From contig NC_089431.1 in the NCBI RefSeq assembly GCF_026210795.1, positions 124,001 through 188,000 of the forward strand: a stretch of DNA of 64,000 nt. The letters run 5' to 3'. The stretch is from Rhizophagus irregularis (lineage: Eukaryota). Position 1 is the first letter of the stretch, and each line of letters opens with the position of its first letter. The position numbers were made by a program, and so were the translations under genes. The notes below the pieces were generated by a model that worked only from the letters and a program-made list of their open reading frames with translations, was not told the origin of the DNA and ran no database searches. This document shows, piece by piece, positions 56,802 through 64,000 of this stretch.

Positions 56802-58677
56802 ATGGAAAATAAGCCAAAGTGGTTATGGAAGAATATTATTACTGATAAATATCAGGTATTATAAATTCACATTTATTATTAATAATTATAGTAATATTGA
56901 ATTTTTATAGTTAAAATTGTAATAATTTTTTGAACATTAAAAGAAACATGTTACGATTTCTACTATTGATTCAACTACTGAATCAGAAGATGCAGATGAA
57001 AGAATAGTTTATATGGAAGATTTAGAAAAAAGAAAACAAGTATATGGAATATGTGGAGAATGTAATGAACCTGGTACAGGAGAGGAATGGTGTCAACCTT
57101 GTAATGCTAAAAGATTTAAAGATAACTTTAAAAATTGGACTAGTGGAAATAAAGATATTGATGAATTTATACAACAATCACAACTTAATTCTGTATATTA
57201 TAAAAAATATCTTGAATGGATACCTTTTGAAAAATTTCAAGATATTACTTATATTGCAGAAGGTGGTTTTGGTAAAATATATTCAGCTAAATGGCCTGAA
57301 GGACATATTGAATATTGGGATATTGAAAATCAAAAATGGCACAGAAGATGTTGGGATAAATATGCATTGAAAAGTTTGAATAATTCTTCTAATATAAGTT
57401 CAGATTTTTTAAATGAGGTAATTTGAATTTAGTTTATTTATATTTAATATTCTTTATGTCTAATTATTAGCAAAATTTCTTTTTATCAATTAGATTAAAT
57501 CTCATCTTCAGATTCATCTTAATGATGTTGTTCCATGTTATGGAATAACTCAAAATCCAAATACTAAAGAGTATATGATGGTTTTATTTTACTGTAATAA
57601 AGGGAATTTGAGAAATTATTTGAATAAATCTGAAGAATATATAGATTGTAAAAAAAAAATTTATAAATTACAGGAAATTGCAAGAGGACTTTTAGATATT
57701 CACATTGTTGAGAAAGTTCATAAAGATTTTCATTCAGGTAATATATTGGAAAGTGGAGGTATGTTTATAAGTGATTTAGGAATGTGTCAACCAGCAAATA
57801 AGAAACCAGTTAAAGAAGAAGGAATTTATGGAGTATTACCATATATGGCACCAGAAGTTTTACGTGGACATCAATATACAAAAGCAGCAGATATTTACTC
57901 ATTTGGCATAATAATGAATGAGTTTCTTTCTGAAGAAATTCCTTATGGTGATACTTCTCATGATGAATTTTTAGCTGTTAAAATATGTAAAGGACAAAGA
58001 CCAAAAATTTCTGAAGATGTGCCAAAATTACTTGCAGACTTGATTGTTAAATGTTGGGATGCAGGAATAGAAAATAGACCAACGGCCAAAGAATTATATC
58101 AAACATTAAAAAAATATTATATTGAAAGGGATAATGAAAATAGTGAATTATATTCTCAATTAAAAGAATGTAATGAAATTGGAAAAAGAAAATTTGAAAG
58201 CAGATCAAGCAAAGATAAATCCAAAAATATTCAAACACATCCACAAGCAATTTATACTAGTAGACTTTTAAATTTTAAAAATCTTCCAAAACCAGTAAAT
58301 TCTTCAGATTTATCATCTCTTCAATTTAATTCAGGTAAATTAACTTATTTACCTTTGTTATGAAAAACCATTTACATTATTAATTTTATTCTTTTTTTCC
58401 AAATAGATGCTAAGTATGCTATTCAATCAACATTAGCGAATCCAAGCAAGTATTTCTTTTAATTATCGTTACTATGATTATTGCGTTCATATTTATTAAC
58501 GGTCAAATACATTTTATTAAATTTACAGTTTCAGAATGTTTTGATGTTCAATTAAGTGAATCAGGTAAGTTTTTATTTATTTATAACTTCATTAATATTT
58601 CTTATCTGATTTATTTACCTATTTTTATAGAACTTAATGAAATTTGTCAAGACGGTGAAAATAATATTGAAAGTTGA
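56802..58677 (+). CDS. TKL-type protein kinase copy 4 (6 exons, intact)
   Basis: Exons 56802-56855, 56944-57417, 57494-58334, 58407-58445, 58529-58564, 58631-58677 splice in frame (intron 4 GC-AG). Motifs CGEC/CQPC, AEGGFG, YALK, HKDFHSGN, DLG, APE. Confidence 0.9.
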
Positions 58678-59754
58678 AGAGCACGTTGAACAGTTGAAAT
58701 GAACCTTTTATTTCTATTTTTATATTTTATACCTTTGTTTACTTTTTTTTACATATATTCAGTATATACTGACTTATCGGTTGTATTTATTTAGAAATTA
58801 CGTTTTCATTTTAATAAAGGGCTTAAATTCTTTATACTTATTTGATAATTGTTGTTTAATTTACAATGGTAAAATCGCAAATATCTTGTAGCTATTGCTC
58901 TATGTATGTTATAAATGTATCGCTAATCGCAAATACTTAATGAGTTGAATTTCAATATGATTATTGTGTACATCGATAATCATTACGTGATAAATATTTT
59001 ATGATATTCGATTTAGAAGGGTTTAATCGATGAACCGTTTAATGCCGGCGGAAATCCGAAAAGATAAGGTTTTAGCCAAAAGCCATGCATGTCTTTTAGC
59101 CGGTATCAGGACATTTCGTCGAAAGTCATTTCGCCGTAATTATGAGGAGAACAATTTTTTTTTATTAATTATTTACATCTTATAATCCTTTAAAATTATC
59201 TCATTGATGGTTTTAACTTTAACAAATTAAATTAAAGGAAGTCACTTCATAATACCACTGAAGTGAAACATAAAAACAAGTATAATAAGGAAATAATAAA
59301 TTAATAAATTCTAACTCGTCATTTTGGTACGCAATTTCTTTATAACATGACTTTTTTTACATGTATTTATACAGTACATACAGCGATGACTGCAATCAAG
59401 TGATTTGGATGGGGTCACCAAAAAAAAAGCGTTGTATGTATTAATTTATTTATCCCAAAAACTGGAAGACAGATATCATATGATGCTAAGTATTTTAATT
59501 GAAAAATAGAAAAGAGTTTTATGTTATACTATTTTTTTTTTTGAATTTTATTATGAAAACTGAAAATGTCTATTATAGTTTGACTTATATTTGAATTTTA
59601 AATAAATACTAATATTTAAATTAAGTCTCATTCAAAGAAAAAGATTTTATTCAATTATTATATGATCAAAGGATATTATAAAATGCATTTTACAACTAAT
59701 GTCCTTAGAACTAATTAATTATCCACTCGAATCGATTTTGTGTGTAAGTATTAG

Positions 59755-59877
59755 TTATATCCTGGCTAATTAGGAATAAGTAAAATTTTACTAGGATCGG
59801 ATAAATGATCAGCCGATAGGCTGATCATGTTCCGATTCTAAAGTAAAATTTTACTATTCCAATTAGCCAGGATATAA
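59755..59877. repeat. 123-bp foldback (palindromic) element
   Basis: TTATATCCTGGCTAATT..AGTAAAATTTTACT..ATGATCAGCC-GATA-GGCTGATCAT..AGTAAAATTTTACT..AATTAGCCAGGATATAA. Confidence 0.9.
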
Positions 59878-60020
59878 TTGATTTATCCCCTGCCATTTAC
59901 ACAATATTAAAAATTTGTTTTATTGTAGTATATCACGTGTTAATCAGTAATTATAAAATATAGTTTATTGTTGCATCCTAATTTCTTTCACCGCTATTTT
60001 CTATTTTTCCATTTTAAAAA

Positions 60021-61698
60021 ATGAGTCAAAATTTTAAAAAAGCTTCAGAACTATTACACTCAAAAAATAATATTGACGTTACAGATAAATTAAAAGAAAA
60101 TTTTACTCATTTGCAGAATGTAAATATTTCTAATATACACGAAATTTCAAAGCCATCTATTCCCAAAGAATCATATGAACGTCCTTCTTTAAAAACTCTA
60201 CAAAGATATGTCACTAAAGCAAAACCTGAAAATACCAAGAAAAATACTAGATTATGGTTCTCCAGATTTGAGGAATTTGTGAATGACACACAACCAGATA
60301 TTGATTTATTATTTATTAACTCTTTATGATAAGAAGGTTATTGCAATGTTGTTATGCGAATTTATTGTAATTATTAAAACAAGAGAAAAAAAGGATTATA
60401 AAGCAAATTCTCTATACAATGGAATTTGTGCCATAAATAGATGTTACCAAGAATTGTTTAAAGATAAAGAGCCATTTAACATACATGAAGACTTTGAATT
60501 TGGGGCAGTTCGTGATACATTACATACTAGAATGATTGAGCTTGAAGATATTAACAATGGTAAATATAATGGTACTGATGCTCTTACAGATGATGAAATG
60601 GTCAAGATCTTTGAGCATCCTAACATGTCAAATGAAACGCCAGATGGATTACTTAAAAGAGTTTTTCTATGGGTAGGATGTTGTACAGCGCAAAGAGGAG
60701 GGTCGTATTATAATCTTATGGCTGAACATTTTAAGGAACGTGATGATGGAGGCTTTGATATTATTACAATTCATGATAAAACCCATCAGGGGGGCTATTA
60801 TCATCGACCAACCTCTAATCAAACACCTACACATATTATTCCTCCAGATGAATCTAAAGAATGTGGCGCATGTTATGATATTAAAAAATATCTTAATTTA
60901 CGACCAAAAAATGCTGAAAAAAATTTTTTTCTTCATGTTAATAAAGATCCTGAAGGTAATATTATTTTTATTGAGATATGTTATTAATGTAATTAATTTT
61001 TAATTGCTTATTAATCTATATTATTAGATATTAAACTGGGAAAGTGGTATTCTTCACAGCATATGGGTCGAGATAAACTATCCAGAATGCTAAAAGAAAT
61101 TTGCACCATTACTAGTATTGATTGTACAAATAGAAGAGTCGTAAATCATTCCTTACGAAAACGTACTGCCCAAAAATTAAATGATGAAGGGTTGGATCCT
61201 CAGGCTATTATGAATGTAACATTGCATAAATATTTAGCAAGGTTAAATTCGTAAGTATCTTATTTTTCCAATTCATAATAATTTTTTATTTATTTAACTT
61301 TTATAATCACACTGTATTTTTAGGTATCGTTCACAAAATGAAATTCAAAAATTAGAAGTTGCGAAACTAACACTTCCAGGCGTACACAAGGTATTTTTCT
61401 TTTTCTAATATATTTATAATTTCTTTTTTAATTTACATAATATTTATTATATTAATAGGATACAGAAAAGGTTAGCGACAATATTGCAGGGTATGTGCAC
61501 GAAGACAGTGATGAAGAAAATATAAATAAAGTTGACTCTAATAATGAATTTCACTCATCTTCAAGAAAAACACTCTCTGAAATTCAAAATATTTCAATTC
61601 CTCTGAAACGTAAAGATAAAAACTTAGAATTGGCTGAAAATTTTAAGCTTAAATTCATTAAATGTGCTAATATTACCATTAATATTACAAAAGAATAA
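60021..61698 (+). pseudogene. Crypton tyrosine recombinase (DUF3504-like), one apparent frameshift
   Basis: After splicing (60956-61027, 61251-61323, then one more intron): TAQRGG (R), DKTHQGG (K), NHSLR (HxxR), TLH (H), LNSYR (Y). Frame change around 60300-60330. Confidence 0.8.
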
Positions 61699-61752
61699 TT
61701 TTTATTATAATTTGTTATTTTAATAAATAACTTGTTATTGTAGCATAAATAA

Positions 61753-61800
61753 TAGTATAATCAATAGTATAATCAATAGTATAATCAATAGTATAAAATA
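61753..61800. repeat. 12-bp tandem repeat (TAGTATAATCAA)x~4 in the Crypton 3' subterminal region
   Basis: Directly visible. Confidence 0.8.
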
Positions 61801-63113
61801 GTAGCTAATTTTAGTGCAAAATCTCCTAGGAACGGATAAATAAATACATATAAAATTTGCTACCCAGTAGGTATAACTATATTTGCATAAACGTGTAAAT
61901 GGTGTCGATCAGGGGATAATTACAATAATATTTTAATCGCGCGTCATATATTTTTAACATTAAATTTACAAAGAACCGAAACGTCCAACAGTATTTTTCA
62001 AATAATTTTATACAATCTAAACAAAGTTCTGATAAAGCGAAGATAGTATTTTTGATATGTTTTGTAATTAATATGATTAAAATTATTTATATAAAAAGAA
62101 ATTAAAGTATTTATTTATATGCATGGTCATAAACAATGTATCTTATTACATTTCAATATTAAAAAATTATGATAACCCATAATTTTTAAAAACCTTTGCA
62201 TATTCTTAATACAAGTAACAGTCGATATTTCGAAAGTTATATACTATCCAAAATATCAAAAAAAAAGAAAAGAAAAGAAAAGAAAAAGAAAGACAATCCA
62301 GAAAATTTATGAGTACTTTAACGTTGATATTTTAAAAGCTTAATTACTTAATCAGAAGATAGACTATAAAAAACTGGTAATCTAAGCCTAGAAGATTTTT
62401 AAGAATAACTTTAAAACTGAACAAAATCGATAGGAAGTTCCATTTTTATTTTTTTAGATAATAAATCTTTCTGTAACAGAGCGATCCTATGATATATATG
62501 ATCACAATCATACATTATCTTATATTTCCAATGATGATAAGCGTTCAATAAGAGTTTAAAATTAATTAGTTCAAAAAAAGTTGGAACTAAAGAATTTAAA
62601 AATTTTCATTTGTTCTAATATTAATTTTATGGCTGATTTTAAACCCACATTTGAAAAGTGACGTCACTACTCACTAATAAAAAAATTTACTGACTATCTT
62701 TCGGATTTTTCGGATTCCTAAAAAATTTTGAACAACCTTCTAACTTTTCCTAAAAAAGTTATTTACAATGAATCACATGATATTCTACAGGTTATATAAG
62801 TGAGATCATCATTTTTCTCACATTTTGATTTCTTGTAATAAATTGACGATAAACCCATCCTCGCGAAACTTGAAGAATATACTTTATTTGTATTTTTATT
62901 ATCATCGTTTGCGAAATAACAATTACTTTTCATTCGAATCATTTCACCACTTTTGCTTTGTATTAAGCATAATAAAGGTATCAGGTAACTTTTAATTTTT
63001 ATTTATTTTTTTTAACCCTAAATTTTCTTTTTTTTTCTGAATTTCGTTTATTAACTACTAACGCTAATATATAAAAAATAAATTATTCCCCTAATATTAT
63101 TGTTTTTTTTAAC

Positions 63114-64000
63114 ATAGTCCGGATATTCAAAACTTTACGATATCAAAAAAAAGAAACGAAAAAATTTAACGAATATTATATTAATATCATCGTTAGTTAA
63201 TACTACTTAGAGGATGTAAAGATTACATTGGATATTGATACGCTATACTGTACTGTACATATTTATAACAGCGATAGGATTTTTATATTGTGGAAATTAT
63301 AATTGAAATGATCTTTCCGGTTATCTTCAACAATAAGAAAGTGGTTATTTAAGAGCAAAACTTCAAGAAGTCATCCAATCATATTTACTAATTTGTGTAA
63401 ATGAAAAAAAAGTGACTTGTAAGGTGCAGTAATTGATCATTTTTCTTAATTTTTGTACTTCAATATCTCCACCAAATAAATGAAGATTGCGTTTTTAAAC
63501 CCGGTCAAATATAGGTTCCTCAGAGGCCATACGCTGAAAATATAGCCTGGCCTCTTTCCGGGACTATTCAGCTCACACCATTGTCTCCCATTGTTAAAGA
63601 ATTGGTGGTACGTTACTATAGCCCCATGAGAGCTTGTCGTCATCCTGTGATTTATATATTAGACGTATTTTTTGACGCGTATCCAAGTTATACTATGGCT
63701 GAAATCATTTTTTTTTTTTTGATCGATCGATTAGTCAGGATTAGCGTTAATATATACTATAAGTAAGTCATATTAAAAAATGAGAAAAAAAATTTTTTTC
63801 TGTTTTTAATCTTTCTTAATCTCTTCTTTCTTTTTTTTCTTATTAGCTTATACAACTCCAATAAAATAATCAAAGAATGAACATACAAATAAAAGTAATA
63901 ATAAAAGTCCACAAAATAGATATATAGTAGATATAATAGATTTTTTATTATTGATATCGCCAATATCAACATTATTTCCATTCGCATGGATAACAGGACA
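63114..64000 (+). pseudogene. Degraded copy (G) of the 7TM gene, runs off window
   Basis: Same ATA start lesion and ~180-bp insertion as copies B and C. Confidence 0.8.

Larger units (their letters stand above)
59883..61919 (+). mobile_element. Crypton-type (tyrosine recombinase) DNA transposon with terminal inverted repeats
   Basis: Ends TTATCCCCTG-CCATTTACAC and GTGTAAATGG-TGTCGAT-CAGGGGATAA enclose a YR gene. Absent at the homologous spacer (~14685). Confidence 0.8.
52355..64000 (+). repeat. Inverted copy of the 7TM-kinase array, right arm
   Basis: 55560-59730 mirrors ~23600-27800; 61920-64000 mirrors ~12700-14690 and ~20640-23620; 52355-52980 mirrors ~13460-13980. Confidence 0.9.

Noticed and set aside
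57044..57370. 108-110 aa ORF MEYVENVMNL.. in all four kinase copies (also 9600, 17597, 25903)
   Set aside because: Shifted-frame shadow of kinase exon 2; its recurrence follows from recent duplication and there is no independent evidence.
56802..58334. Diversity-generating retroelement explanation for kinase hypervariability
   Set aside because: No reverse transcriptase or template repeat in the window; substitutions are not adenine-specific and include indels.

Overview
Very AT-rich, intron-rich eukaryotic DNA. Gene content and style point to a glomeromycotan (arbuscular mycorrhizal, Rhizophagus-like) fungus; this is inferred, not proven. A single-copy core (~30.9-50.9 kb) holds a ~6-kb gene-poor stretch, a multi-exon GH38 alpha-mannosidase (AMS1-like) and two uncharacterised membrane-protein genes. 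On both sides lie oppositely oriented arrays of one ~8-kb two-gene cassette: a 7-transmembrane GPCR-like gene followed by a TKL-type protein kinase with an N-terminal CxxC..CxxC motif. The left array is on the minus strand (3 kinases); the right array is on the plus strand (1 kinase, continuing off the window). Only one 7TM copy is intact (27803-30526), whereas three of four kinases are intact. The kinases differ in short, almost purely non-synonymous patches next to an identical intron and are mosaics of each other, which suggests a rapidly diversifying recognition/signalling locus. Also present: an F-box pseudogene, a Crypton-type tyrosine-recombinase transposon with terminal inverted repeats and an adjacent 123-bp foldback, several MITEs (one nested) and LTR remnants. 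Exon structures were deduced by eye from splice signals and reading frame.
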